The notes: a model not told the origin generated them from the letters alone. Counted from the first letter of the stretch, positions 9,807 through 18,660 are shown. The stretch is 64,000 nt of DNA from Spirochaetia bacterium (GCA_965203905.1 CBDBDQ010000005.1:4032001-4096000), one strand, 5' to 3'. Numbers and translations: made by a program.

Positions 9807-11914
9807 GCTGCGCGACAAGCCGGCTGCAAAATCGTTGCTCCCGCTACCCTCGACCGACACCCGACCGCCCAACTCTCACCCCGCCGAGCGCCGATCACAT
9901 GGCCCCGTCTGGCGGCGGCCCGTCCTCCCGATGCCGGAAGCGGTGGTGAGCAGAACAACGAAGCCTGAGATTACCCGGCTCAGCACTGCCGCCGAGCGCG
10001 AAGGGAACGATGTGGTCGAGTTCCAGCAGGAAGCGGGAGCCGCAGCGCCGCCCGCTATGCGGATCGACGAAACTGCAGCAGCCGCCGTCGCGGCGCCACA
10101 CCTCGCGCCGCACTGGTGCCGGAATGTACCGGGATCGACGCGCCCGGTGGGACGGCTGCGCGCTGCCTGCGGACGGGCCGGCTGGCGCCGCCTGCGTGCG
10201 CGAACGGCCATCGAGCGGCGCTCCTGCCCGCGTTGCCGCCCCTGCCCGCTTCGCTGGCGAAGGAGCGTGGCGACCGCGGTCCACCGCTGCCCGCGCGGTC
10301 GGCATGCTCTGGTCTGCCGGCGGCGTCGGTACGGGGGCGCGGGACCCGCAACCAGCCACCAACTTCGCCGCCGAAGGAGTGGTGCCGGGCGCCGCCAGCG
10401 CTGGCTTTGCACGCACCGGGGAGCTGCCCCTGCAAGTCTCGCGCCCCGCCGGCGGCGCGGACAGCGCTGCCACCGCCGAGGTGCCGGCGCCGCCAATCCC
10501 GCGCGCGGGTTCCGCTACGGACAGCGCTGCCGGCGCCGGGGTGCTGCCACCGGCGCTCGTGCCCTCCGACGGCGTCGCCACTCCGGGTTGCTCTTGCGCG
10601 CCCGACTTCGCTGGCGAAGTCGCCCCGCCTGCCGGCCCTTGCTGCGCCTTCGGCTCCGGCGCCTGGCCCGCGCTTGCCTCCCGGCGCCCACCTCTGCGCC
10701 CGCGCGGCGGCCGCCCCGGGTCGTAGCGCTGCAGGCCGTCCTGCACCAGCCGCTCCACGAGCTGCCCGACCGTCAGGTGCGGGTCCACGTGCGACAGCAG
10801 TGCCCGTAGCTGCTCGATCCCGCACTGACACGCGGCGTCGATCACCACCTTCAGCTCCCAGCGGCCGTCGCCCAGCGCGCGCATGCGATCGGCCGGCCGC
10901 GCCAGCTTGGGAGCCACCCCGGCCAACAACTGCTTCACCTCGCGGGTGCTCTTGCCGCTCGCCTGCTCCACCAGCTCCTGCCGCTGCGCCGCGTCCAGCG
11001 CCGGCACCGGTCGCGCTGGCGCCGCTGCCGCGGCCCCCGAAGCCCCCGCCTCCAGCGCCGTCCCCGTGCCGGCCGGCAGCAGCTCCGGTGCCGCGGATGC
11101 CGAGCCGGGGTCCGTGGCGGCGGTCGCCGTGCGCTGCAGGAGATCGAAGGTGTTCTGCAACTGCGCCGCCGCGCTCAGGGAGAGCGAGCCGTCCTGCAGC
11201 CGCTCGCGTGTCCCGGCGGTATCGGAGCACAGGCGCATGGCTTTGATACGGCGCCAGGCGGCACCCTCGCTATAGCCCAGCTCGCGCACGGCGTAGTCGA
11301 ACAGGCTGGAGAACCCGAGGCGCAGATGGAGGTGGCGTGCGTGGATCTCGCGCAGGTGGTCGAGGACGGCGAGCTGCAGCGCCTGCTCGTGCAGGACGAG
11401 GGACCTGGTGTGCGCCAGCAGCACTTGGTCGGGGAGCCCGGAGAGCGAGGAGGAGAAGCTGGTGGCGGTCGCGGAATCCACGGAATCCATGGCGTAAATA
11501 TAAGCATGGCTGAGAAATGACGGGTTTCGGTGAGTCCCGGACCGGCATCGGGAAGGGCTCAGGCCGGCGCTGGTGGGGTGCTGGAGGGCCTGGAAGGCCA
11601 GGCGGGATGTTCGCAGGGTCGGAAGGGCCGGAACGTGCGGCAGGAGGCCGTCACGAGCAGCGCCAAACCCGTCAAGTGCTCAGCGCATTTTTTGGGCACC
11701 TTTTCTGCTGAATCCTGCACCGCGGCGCCGACATGCCCAGCAACGCATCGGCGGAGACCGGCGCGTTGCTGGTGGCGGCTATCCCCTCTTTTCTGGACAC
11801 GTCGTACAGCGAACGAGCCACACACCCAGAAGGCGGCGATCTGGCAGGCGCCGCGCCGGGGCCATCACCGCAGCTCGCCCACGCACGGAATGCAGACGTC
11901 ATTCAGCATGGGAT
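9807..11914 (-). mobile_element. Dispersed HNH-encoding repeat element, copy 1 (putative selfish element)
   Basis: Colinear similarity to 31277-33345 starting at GCTGCGCGACAAGCCGGCTGCAA and ending near TTCAGCATGGGAT; flanks unrelated. Confidence 0.7.
9895..11490 (-). CDS. HNH endonuclease with DUF222-like N-terminal domain (copy 1)
   Basis: N-term LREIHARHLHLRLGFSSLFDYAVRELGYSEGAAWRRIKAMRL; C-term RYIPAPVRREVWRRDGGCC...RCGSRFLLELDHIVPFALGG...NLRLRCSAHH. Confidence 0.88.
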   Translation of the reverse strand: MDSVDSATATSFSSSLSGLPDQVLLAHTRSLVLHEQALQLAVLDHLREIHARHLHLRLGFSSLFDYAVRELGYSEGAAWRRIKAMRLCSDTAGTRERLQDGSLSLSAAAQLQNTFDLLQRTATAATDPGSASAAPELLPAGTGTALEAGASGAAAAAPARPVPALDAAQRQELVEQASGKSTREVKQLLAGVAPKLARPADRMRALGDGRWELKVVIDAACQCGIEQLRALLSHVDPHLTVGQLVERLVQDGLQRYDPGRPPRGRRGGRREASAGQAPEPKAQQGPAGGATSPAKSGAQEQPGVATPSEGTSAGGSTPAPAALSVAEPARGIGGAGTSAVAALSAPPAGRETCRGSSPVRAKPALAAPGTTPSAAKLVAGCGSRAPVPTPPADQSMPTARAAVDRGRHAPSPAKRAGAATRAGAPLDGRSRTQAAPAGPSAGSAQPSHRARRSRYIPAPVRREVWRRDGGCCSFVDPHSGRRCGSRFLLELDHIVPFALGGSAEPGNLRLRCSAHHRFRHREDGPPPDGAM

Positions 11915-12066
11915 CGCCTTGGTCCGCCCGCACGCGACCCACACCCGGCACGCAGCGCAGGCGCCGGCGTGCTGCCGGCAGACGTGTCTGCGGCATGTGT
12001 GCCACACTCCGCGTCGGTGTTGCGACACGGCGAGGCGATGCCCGCTGCCAATACCACCCGCTCCTC

Positions 12067-14091
12067 ATGGCGACAGCATTGGATTCTCGTCTTGGCCGCC
12101 TCCGGACGCCGTCTCGGGCCGCGCCTCGCCTTGCGAAGTGGGCCCCGGCAAGCCTGGTGGGGATTGCGCTGGTGCTGCTCGGTGCCTGCGCCAGCAGCGC
12201 CGCCGTGGTGCGCGACGGCGCCGATCGGCCGTTCCTGATCGTCGACGCGAGACAGCCGACCCCGGTCGGAGGCGCGGGGCTTCAGCTCCGGTTTTCGGTG
12301 CGCATGTCGGACGGCACGGATCCTCCGGAGCTGGGGTCGGAAGAGATCGCGGTGATGAACGACGAGGCGGGCCACGACTTGGGCGCCGGCGGGGAGGATG
12401 GGAGCCGGTCGGCGCCGCGGCTTCCCGCCGACCTCGCACTGCTGACGGTGCTGGTCCTCGATTTCTCCGACTCGGTGTTCAAGGAAGAGCTCCCGGATCA
12501 CATCCGCAGAGGAGTGGACGGCTATCTGCAGGCGCTGCTGGTGCAGTCGGACGGTGACAGCGCCGAGCTGACGACGGTAAAGGGGAATCATCGGCTCGCC
12601 CTGGTGCAGCTCGGTCGCACCCGGGAGGTCAGGACAGCCCTCGATTTCACCGCCGATCCGGCGGAGGTCGAGCAGGCCGTGGCGGCGCTGGCGGCTGCGG
12701 GCGGACTCGGTACTACCAACCTGTATGCCGGCTACGGCGCCGGGATCGATGCCGTGACGGGCGAGGAAGTGGCGTCACCGTCGGTGCAGCGCGTCGTGAT
12801 CCTGGTCACCGACGGCGCCCACCGGGCCGGGAATACGGAGCAGTTGAGGGCTCAGGCGCTGGACCTGCGGGAGCGGACCGAGAGCGCCGTGTTCACTGTC
12901 GGTGTCGGCGACGGTGAGCACCTGCAACCGGTGCGGGAGCTTGCCTCGCAGCCGCGGTTCTTCCGCGCGACCGACGCCGAGGGAGTGGCGCGGGCGTTTC
13001 AGGAGATTGCCTCCGACATCGTCCGCCTGGCACGCAGCCACTACGTGGTGGGGATCTGCACGCCGGTCGAGCTGGGCAGCCCGACGCTGACGCTCCGGGT
13101 CACCGCGGGCGAACTGTCCGCGGCGCACACCGTGGTCTACGCCACCGACATGCTGGACGGCAACACGACCGACTGCGATCCCGACCAGGTGGCCGCCGCG
13201 TACGCCGGCGCCGATGCCGGCTCCGGCGCCACCCCGCCAGCGCAGGTCGAGCTGCTGCCGGCGCCGGGCGCGGACGCCGAGGAAGCCCGGCCGCAGCTCG
13301 CGGAGGAGGAGCGTCGGCCCCCGGGCAGCCGGTTCCGGGACTGCACCGAGTGTCCGGAGATGGTGGTGGTGCCCGCGGGCAGCTTCCTGATGGGCTCGCC
13401 GCAAACGGAACCGGGGCGGGAGGCCGACGAAGGGCCGCGCCATCGCGTGTGGCTGCCGCGGGCCTTCGCCGTGGGCGTGTACGAGGTGACGTTCGCCGAG
13501 TGGGATGCGTGCCTGCGCGCCGGGGGTTGTGACTGGTATCCGCAGGATGAGGACTGGGGACGCGGCAGGCGTCCGGTCATCAACGTGAGTTGGCAGGATG
13601 CGCAGCAGTACGTGGCGTGGCTGAGCAGCCGCACCGGCGAGCGGTACCGGTTGTTGAGCGAGGCGGAATGGGAGTACGCGGCGCGCGCGGGAACGACGAC
13701 TCCGTTTCACACGGGACCGACGATCTCCCCGGAGCTGGCCAACTACAATGGAGAGCTCACCTACGCAGGTGGCGCCAGCGGCATCTACCATCGCCGGACG
13801 CTGCCGGTAGGATCGTATCCCGCGAACGAGTTCGGGCTGCACGACGTGCACGGCAACGTGTGGGAGTGGGTAGAAGATTGCTGGCACGGAGACTACGACG
13901 GTGCGCCGAACGACGGCAGTGCCCGGGGAGATGCCCGCGCCAGGGCCCGCTGCAACTGGCGGGTGGTACGCGGCGGCGCCTGGTTCTACGATCCGCGGCT
14001 GCTGCGCTCCGCGTACCGGAGCTGGAACTTCGCCGGCAACCGATCGAGCGAGTTCGGCGGCTTCCGGGTGGCCCGGACGCTGGGCCCTTGA
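12067..14091 (+). CDS. Lipoprotein with vWA domain fused to a formylglycine-generating-enzyme (SUMF1/FGE-sulfatase) domain
   Basis: Lipobox LLGAC; MIDAS-like LVLDFSDS, TNLY, ILVTDG; C-term FRDCTECPEMVVVPAGSFLMGS, RLLSEAEWEYAARAG, GLHDVHGNVWEW, GFRVAR. Confidence 0.85.
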   Translation: MATALDSRLGRLRTPSRAAPRLAKWAPASLVGIALVLLGACASSAAVVRDGADRPFLIVDARQPTPVGGAGLQLRFSVRMSDGTDPPELGSEEIAVMNDEAGHDLGAGGEDGSRSAPRLPADLALLTVLVLDFSDSVFKEELPDHIRRGVDGYLQALLVQSDGDSAELTTVKGNHRLALVQLGRTREVRTALDFTADPAEVEQAVAALAAAGGLGTTNLYAGYGAGIDAVTGEEVASPSVQRVVILVTDGAHRAGNTEQLRAQALDLRERTESAVFTVGVGDGEHLQPVRELASQPRFFRATDAEGVARAFQEIASDIVRLARSHYVVGICTPVELGSPTLTLRVTAGELSAAHTVVYATDMLDGNTTDCDPDQVAAAYAGADAGSGATPPAQVELLPAPGADAEEARPQLAEEERRPPGSRFRDCTECPEMVVVPAGSFLMGSPQTEPGREADEGPRHRVWLPRAFAVGVYEVTFAEWDACLRAGGCDWYPQDEDWGRGRRPVINVSWQDAQQYVAWLSSRTGERYRLLSEAEWEYAARAGTTTPFHTGPTISPELANYNGELTYAGGASGIYHRRTLPVGSYPANEFGLHDVHGNVWEWVEDCWHGDYDGAPNDGSARGDARARARCNWRVVRGGAWFYDPRLLRSAYRSWNFAGNRSSEFGGFRVARTLGP

Positions 14092-14113
14092 CCTGCTACC
14101 ATGGCGCCCAACC

Positions 14114-14968
14114 ATGGCCGATTCAGCTCGCTGGCACGTACGTGCCGAGAACGATTGCCTGTTCGTCGACGACGCCGAGCAGGGCGGGGTGGTCCTGCAG
14201 CACAACGCGCGCACCGGGGTGGGGGCGTACATTCACCCGTTGCGCCTGGACGGCGCCTGCCTGACCGCGGACAGCCCCTGGCACCACCCGCACCAGCACG
14301 GCATTCAGACCCGCTTCGTGGGGATCGACGGCAGCGATTTCTGGCACTACCCCGGGCAGCGGCCGGGCCAGACGCTGGGCCGGATCAACCCCGCCCCGCC
14401 ACGGGTGGCCGGCACGGCACCGCCGCGCTGGACCATCGAGGCGCTGTGGCAGCACGCCGACGGCCGGCAGGTGCTGGCCGAGCGCCAGGAGTGGACGTTG
14501 CGCGACGCGGATGGACTCCTGCTGCTGGACCTGGACTGGACCCTGCGGGCGATCCCGGCGCTCACCTTCGCGCCCTACCCCTATGGCGGCCTCTACGTGC
14601 GCATGCCGTTCCACTTCCACCTCGGCGCCTCGGTGGTCACCTCCACCGGCCACCGCGACGGCGCCGCCGAGCAGCAGGCCGCCACCTGGGTGGACCTGCA
14701 GATGCCGCTGGAGCACGGTGGCTGCCGCAAGGGCGACGAGCCGATCAGCGCCGGCATCGCGGTGTGCGACCATCCCGCCAACCCCGGCCACCCCGCCTGC
14801 TGGCGCGTCGACGGTTTCTACGGCATCAATCCGGCGCCGACCATCGCCGGCCCCATCGAGCTGGCCGCCGGTGCGGCCCTGCGCCTGCGCTACCGCCTGA
14901 TCGCGCATCGAGGACCACTGGCGGCGGCGCGGATCGAGGAGCTGTGGGCCGACCACGCGGCACCGTAG
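14114..14968 (+). CDS. DUF6807 ('PmoA-like') family protein
   Basis: YIHPL, HHPHQHGI, DFW, YGGLYVRMP, DHPANPGHPACWRVDG, LRYRLIAHRG. Confidence 0.7.
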   Translation: MADSARWHVRAENDCLFVDDAEQGGVVLQHNARTGVGAYIHPLRLDGACLTADSPWHHPHQHGIQTRFVGIDGSDFWHYPGQRPGQTLGRINPAPPRVAGTAPPRWTIEALWQHADGRQVLAERQEWTLRDADGLLLLDLDWTLRAIPALTFAPYPYGGLYVRMPFHFHLGASVVTSTGHRDGAAEQQAATWVDLQMPLEHGGCRKGDEPISAGIAVCDHPANPGHPACWRVDGFYGINPAPTIAGPIELAAGAALRLRYRLIAHRGPLAAARIEELWADHAAP

Positions 14969-14989
14969 ACAAAGCGCGGCGGTAGCAAG

Positions 14990-15775
14990 GTGGACTTCGA
15001 TCCGTCCATCATTCCCACGCAGCTCAATCCCGACCTCAGCCCCGCGCTGGCGCAGGAGGTGAGCTTCTTCCGCAAGTGGGGCTACCTGGTGGTGGACGCT
15101 GCCCTGACCGTGGCCCAGGTGGAGACCCTGCGCGCCGCGCTGGACGAGACCGCGGCGCGCCTGCCGGCGCGCGATCCCTCAGGCCGCCGCGTCGCGCCCG
15201 GCAAGGGCCAGTTCTACCACCAGCTCCTGGAGGCGGACGAGCGCTTCGTGTTCCTGCTCGACCATGCCCCGGTGCTGACCCGCATCAAGGCACTGCTCGG
15301 CACCTGCGTGCAACTGCACAGCGCCACCGCGCGGGTCACCCGGCCGGGCGCCCCCGACCAGGACTGGCACCGCGACGGCCCCTGGCCGGTCGACCCCGAC
15401 GGCACGCCGATCGGCAGCACGCCGGCGCAGATCAACTGTGGCTACTATCTCGACCGCCTGACCCCCGACAACGGCCCGATCGCCATCGTGCCGGGCAGCC
15501 ATCGCGCTCCCTTCAAGCCGCCGCAGGGACATCCCGAGTTTCCGGACCAGGTCATGGTGCTGGCGCGCCCCGGCCAGGCGGTGCTGTTCAACGGCTGGCT
15601 CTACCACCGCGGAGTGGCGAACCGCTCCGAGCGGCCGCGCCGGGCCTGCATGATGTGCTACCAGAACGCCTGGATGAAGTCGTTCGAGCCGTTCGACGGG
15701 CCGCGCGTCACCCGGCTGCGGGAGCACGGCACGCCGGAGCAGAGACTGCTGCTCGGCGGCGTCCCGCGCTGGTAG
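14990..15775 (+). CDS. PhyH family dioxygenase
   Basis: FFRKWGYLVV; WHRDG; NGPIAIVPGSH; LYHRGVAN. Confidence 0.88.
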   Translation: MDFDPSIIPTQLNPDLSPALAQEVSFFRKWGYLVVDAALTVAQVETLRAALDETAARLPARDPSGRRVAPGKGQFYHQLLEADERFVFLLDHAPVLTRIKALLGTCVQLHSATARVTRPGAPDQDWHRDGPWPVDPDGTPIGSTPAQINCGYYLDRLTPDNGPIAIVPGSHRAPFKPPQGHPEFPDQVMVLARPGQAVLFNGWLYHRGVANRSERPRRACMMCYQNAWMKSFEPFDGPRVTRLREHGTPEQRLLLGGVPRW

Positions 15776-15827
15776 CTCCCGCGTACGGCGGCCGGTCCGC
15801 CGTCCAGGGTGACGATTCAGGTATGCG

Positions 15828-15941
15828 CTACTGGGCGGCCTGCCACTGGTGGTTAGCCTCGGCGGTCAACTCATCGCCGCCGACCTTGCGCCACTGCGCC
15901 ACGTAGGCGTCCCACTCGGCGTCGGCGTCCACCTCGCCCGC
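15828..15941 (-). pseudogene. C-terminal remnant of an ABC-type extracellular solute-binding protein
   Basis: Minus strand reads AGEVDADAEWDAYVAQWRKVGGDELTAEANHQWQAAQ*, the typical C-terminal helix of LplA-like sugar-binding proteins; no start codon or upstream gene body. Confidence 0.65.
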
Positions 15942-15976
15942 GGACCCGATGGAACGAGGACGGGCCGATGTTTTCG

Positions 15977-16006
15977 TTGACCGGGCTCGCCGTGGCGTGG
16001 TAGCTT
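15977..16006 (+). promoter_or_regulatory. Sigma70-type promoter of the rplU operon
   Basis: TTGACC-18 bp-TAGCTT with TG extension, upstream of the GGAG RBS of rplU. Confidence 0.55.
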
Positions 16007-16037
16007 AGCGGCCGGAATTCGGAGTTCGGTTGCAGCG

Positions 16038-16361
16038 ATGTACGCGTTGGTAGAGATTCAGGGCCGGCAGTATCGGGTGCGCGAGGGTGCGCACGTTACC
16101 GTGGAGCGCATGGCCGGCGCCGGTGACACGGTGGAGTTGCACAATGTGCTGCTGGTGGCGCCCGAAGAGGAGGGCAGCGAGCCCCTCATCGGTCGGCCCT
16201 ACGTAGCCGGCGCCAAGGTCACGGCGACCCTGGAGGACCACCCGCGCGGGCGCAAGCTGGTGATATACAAGTACCGCCGGCGCAAGCACTATCGCCGCAA
16301 ACGTGGCCACCGGCAGCCACTCACCCGGCTGCGCATCGACAAGATCGAAGCCGGTTCCTGA
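16038..16361 (+). CDS. rplU: 50S ribosomal protein L21
   Basis: MYALVEIQGRQYRV...KYRRRKHYRRKRGHRQPLTRLRIDKI. Confidence 0.97.
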   Translation: MYALVEIQGRQYRVREGAHVTVERMAGAGDTVELHNVLLVAPEEEGSEPLIGRPYVAGAKVTATLEDHPRGRKLVIYKYRRRKHYRRKRGHRQPLTRLRIDKIEAGS

Positions 16362-16715
16362 TTGCGGCGTGACGAGCGGCCGGTGCTGAGCGTCACGCTG
16401 CACGCCGACGGCGCCGGCTGCCTGCGCCGGCTGAAGGTACGCGGCCACGCGCCGGCGATCGCCTGCGCGGCGATTACCGCCCTGACCCGCAGTGCCGCGA
16501 CGTTGCTGGCGGCGCAGCCGACCCTGGAGTGTCGCGGCGCGGCGCCGCGGCCCGGCGTGCTGGAGTTGCATGTCGGTACCGTGCCCGCGCAGCACCGTGA
16601 CTGGGTACGCGGCATCAGCGCCATGGTCGAGCATGGCGTGCACGCGGTGGCGGCCGAGTATCCGCAGGGTGTCGTGGTAGAGGCCGTGCGCTGGGACCGC
16701 GACGCCGAGGATTGA
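16362..16715 (+). CDS. prp: Ribosomal-processing cysteine protease Prp (YsxB/DUF464) family
   Basis: Lies between rplU and rpmA; KVRGHA...IACAAIT catalytic His/Cys motif. Confidence 0.75.
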   Translation: MRRDERPVLSVTLHADGAGCLRRLKVRGHAPAIACAAITALTRSAATLLAAQPTLECRGAAPRPGVLELHVGTVPAQHRDWVRGISAMVEHGVHAVAAEYPQGVVVEAVRWDRDAED

Positions 16716-16726
16716 GGAGAGCGCAA

Positions 16727-16981
16727 GTGGCACACAAGAAGGGTGGAGGAAGTTCCCGCAACGGGCGTGACTCGCGAGGCAAGCGTCTCGGGGTGAAGCG
16801 GTACGGTGGCGAGTTGGTGGCAGCCGGAACGATTCTGGTGCGCCAGCGTGGCACCCGGGTGCATCCCGGCGACAACGTCGGCGTCGGCCGCGATTATACC
16901 TTGTATGCCCGGGTCACCGGCACCGTCGTGTTCAAGAACCGTCTCGGGCGGAAGCTGGTCGCAATCGAACCGTTCGCCTGA
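16727..16981 (+). CDS. rpmA: 50S ribosomal protein L27
   Basis: (M)[27 protein letters not shown]...ILVRQRGT; GAGGAG RBS. Confidence 0.97.
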   Translation: MAHKKGGGSSRNGRDSRGKRLGVKRYGGELVAAGTILVRQRGTRVHPGDNVGVGRDYTLYARVTGTVVFKNRLGRKLVAIEPFA

Positions 16982-16993
16982 TCCGGGTCGTGA

Positions 16994-18028
16994 GTGGGGG
17001 CGCGATTGGTCGCCGGCGCCGTCTCCCGGTTCGTCGACCGCACGACGATCACCGTTAGCTCGGGCAGCGGAGGGAACGGCGCGGTATCCTTCCGCCGCGA
17101 GAAGTACGTTCCGCGCGGCGGCCCCGACGGCGGTGACGGCGGCCGCGGCGGCGATGTCCTGTTTACCGTCCGCGGCAACGTCCACACGCTGGCACATCTC
17201 GCCGGGCGTCACCACTATCGCGCCGAGAATGGAGCGCCGGGAAGCCGCCGCCGCCGCCATGGAGCGGCCGGCAAGCCGGTGCGCATCGCCGTACCGCCCG
17301 GCACGGTGGTGCGCGACGCCGCCAGCGGCCAGGTGCTGCACGACCTCACCAGGCCCGATGAGGAATGGCTGTGCCTCCGCGGCGGGGCGGGAGGCGCCGG
17401 CAACGCGCGTTTCGCCACCTCGGTGCGCCGGGCACCGCGCTTCGCCACGCCCGGGCGCCCCGGCCGTGAGTTGCTGCTGCAGCTGGAGCTGCGCAGCATC
17501 GCCGACGTCGGCTTCGTCGGTTTCCCGAACGCGGGCAAGTCGACCCTGCTGGCGGCCCTGACCAACGCGCGGCCGCGGATCGCGGCCTACCCCTTCACCA
17601 CCACGACTCCGCAGTTGGGCATGATGCGGCTCGGATCGCCCCCCGCCGCGGACTGGCACGACGCACAGGAGATCGTGCTGGTCGACATTCCTGGCATCCT
17701 GGAAGGCGCCTCGACCGGTGTCGGCCTGGGCTTGCAGTTCCTCGACCACATCGCCCGGGTTCACCTGCTGGCCTTCGTGATCGACCTTACGGGCACGGGA
17801 GATCCGGCGGCGGCGCTGGAACGGGAACTGCGCGCCTACGACCCTGCGCTGGCGCAGCGTCCCCGACTGGTCGTGGGCACCAAGCGGGATCTGGATCCGG
17901 ACGGCGCACTGAGCACCGGGCTGCGCCGCCGCTATGACCGGGAACAGGTGGTCACCGTGTCCGCCCATACGGGCGCGGGCATGGACGATTTGCGCGCTGC
18001 GCTGAGCAGGCTGGCACGCGCGGCGTGA
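16994..18028 (+). CDS. obgE: GTPase ObgE/CgtA (short form without C-terminal OCT domain)
   Basis: FVDR...GGNGAVSFRREKYVPRGGPDGGDGG; GFPNAGKST; YPFTT; DIPG; start uncertain. Confidence 0.95.
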   Translation: MGARLVAGAVSRFVDRTTITVSSGSGGNGAVSFRREKYVPRGGPDGGDGGRGGDVLFTVRGNVHTLAHLAGRHHYRAENGAPGSRRRRHGAAGKPVRIAVPPGTVVRDAASGQVLHDLTRPDEEWLCLRGGAGGAGNARFATSVRRAPRFATPGRPGRELLLQLELRSIADVGFVGFPNAGKSTLLAALTNARPRIAAYPFTTTTPQLGMMRLGSPPAADWHDAQEIVLVDIPGILEGASTGVGLGLQFLDHIARVHLLAFVIDLTGTGDPAAALERELRAYDPALAQRPRLVVGTKRDLDPDGALSTGLRRRYDREQVVTVSAHTGAGMDDLRAALSRLARAA

Positions 18029-18660
18029 GCGGTTCCGAAGCGTACCGCGATACGCGGGCCGGAAGCGTGCGCCCGCGGCAGCCGCGGGTCGCACTGCTCG
18101 GGGGCTCGTTCGACCCGGTGCATCTCGGCCACCTGCACGTAGCCGAGGTGGTGCTCGCCACCGGCCGCTACGACCAGGTGCTGTTCGTGCCGGCTCACCT
18201 GCCGTCCCACAAGCCCGGCACCCTGGCCGCTCCCGACCACCGGCTGAGCATGCTGCGCCTGGCCATCTCCCGTCGTTCCGGTCTCGCGGTATCCGACATC
18301 GAGCTGCGTCGCGGCGGAGTGTCCTACACCGTCGACACCGTGCGCCAGTTGCAGCGCACCGGCACGCTCGGCGTGCGGCCGGGGTTGGTGGTTGGCGACG
18401 ATCTGGGTGCCGAGCTGGACACCTGGCGCGAGGCGGAGACGCTGTTCGGCATGGTGGAACTGCTGGTTGCGCGCCGCATTCGGCAGGCGGCTCCGCTGGC
18501 GTTCCCGCACCGCCGCTTGGCGAACCACCCATTGCCCCTCTCCTCCTCGGAGTTGCGCCGGCGGGTTCGAGCCGGTCAGGTGATTCGCGCTCTGGTGCCC
18601 GACTCCGTCGATGCCTACATCCGGGAGCATGGGTTGTATGGCCGCCGCGGCGAGGGTTAG
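18025..18660 (+). CDS. nadD: Nicotinate-nucleotide adenylyltransferase
   Basis: GGSFDPVHLGH, SYTVDTV, LSSSELR, YIREHGLY. Confidence 0.93.
   Translation: MSGSEAYRDTRAGSVRPRQPRVALLGGSFDPVHLGHLHVAEVVLATGRYDQVLFVPAHLPSHKPGTLAAPDHRLSMLRLAISRRSGLAVSDIELRRGGVSYTVDTVRQLQRTGTLGVRPGLVVGDDLGAELDTWREAETLFGMVELLVARRIRQAAPLAFPHRRLANHPLPLSSSELRRRVRAGQVIRALVPDSVDAYIREHGLYGRRGEG

Noticed and set aside
9895-11490. IscB/Cas9/TnpB-type RNA-guided nuclease or group II intron protein
   Set aside because: No PLMP motif, RuvC motifs, bridge helix or RT motifs are visible; only a terminal HNH domain.
11517-11711. Small + strand ORF open in both HNH-element copies (also from 32954)
   Set aside because: Differences between copies are largely non-synonymous and the stop position is not conserved (64 vs 208 aa), so it does not look protein-constrained.
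13950-14091. Diversity-generating retroelement variable region
   Set aside because: No template repeat or reverse transcriptase is seen in this window.
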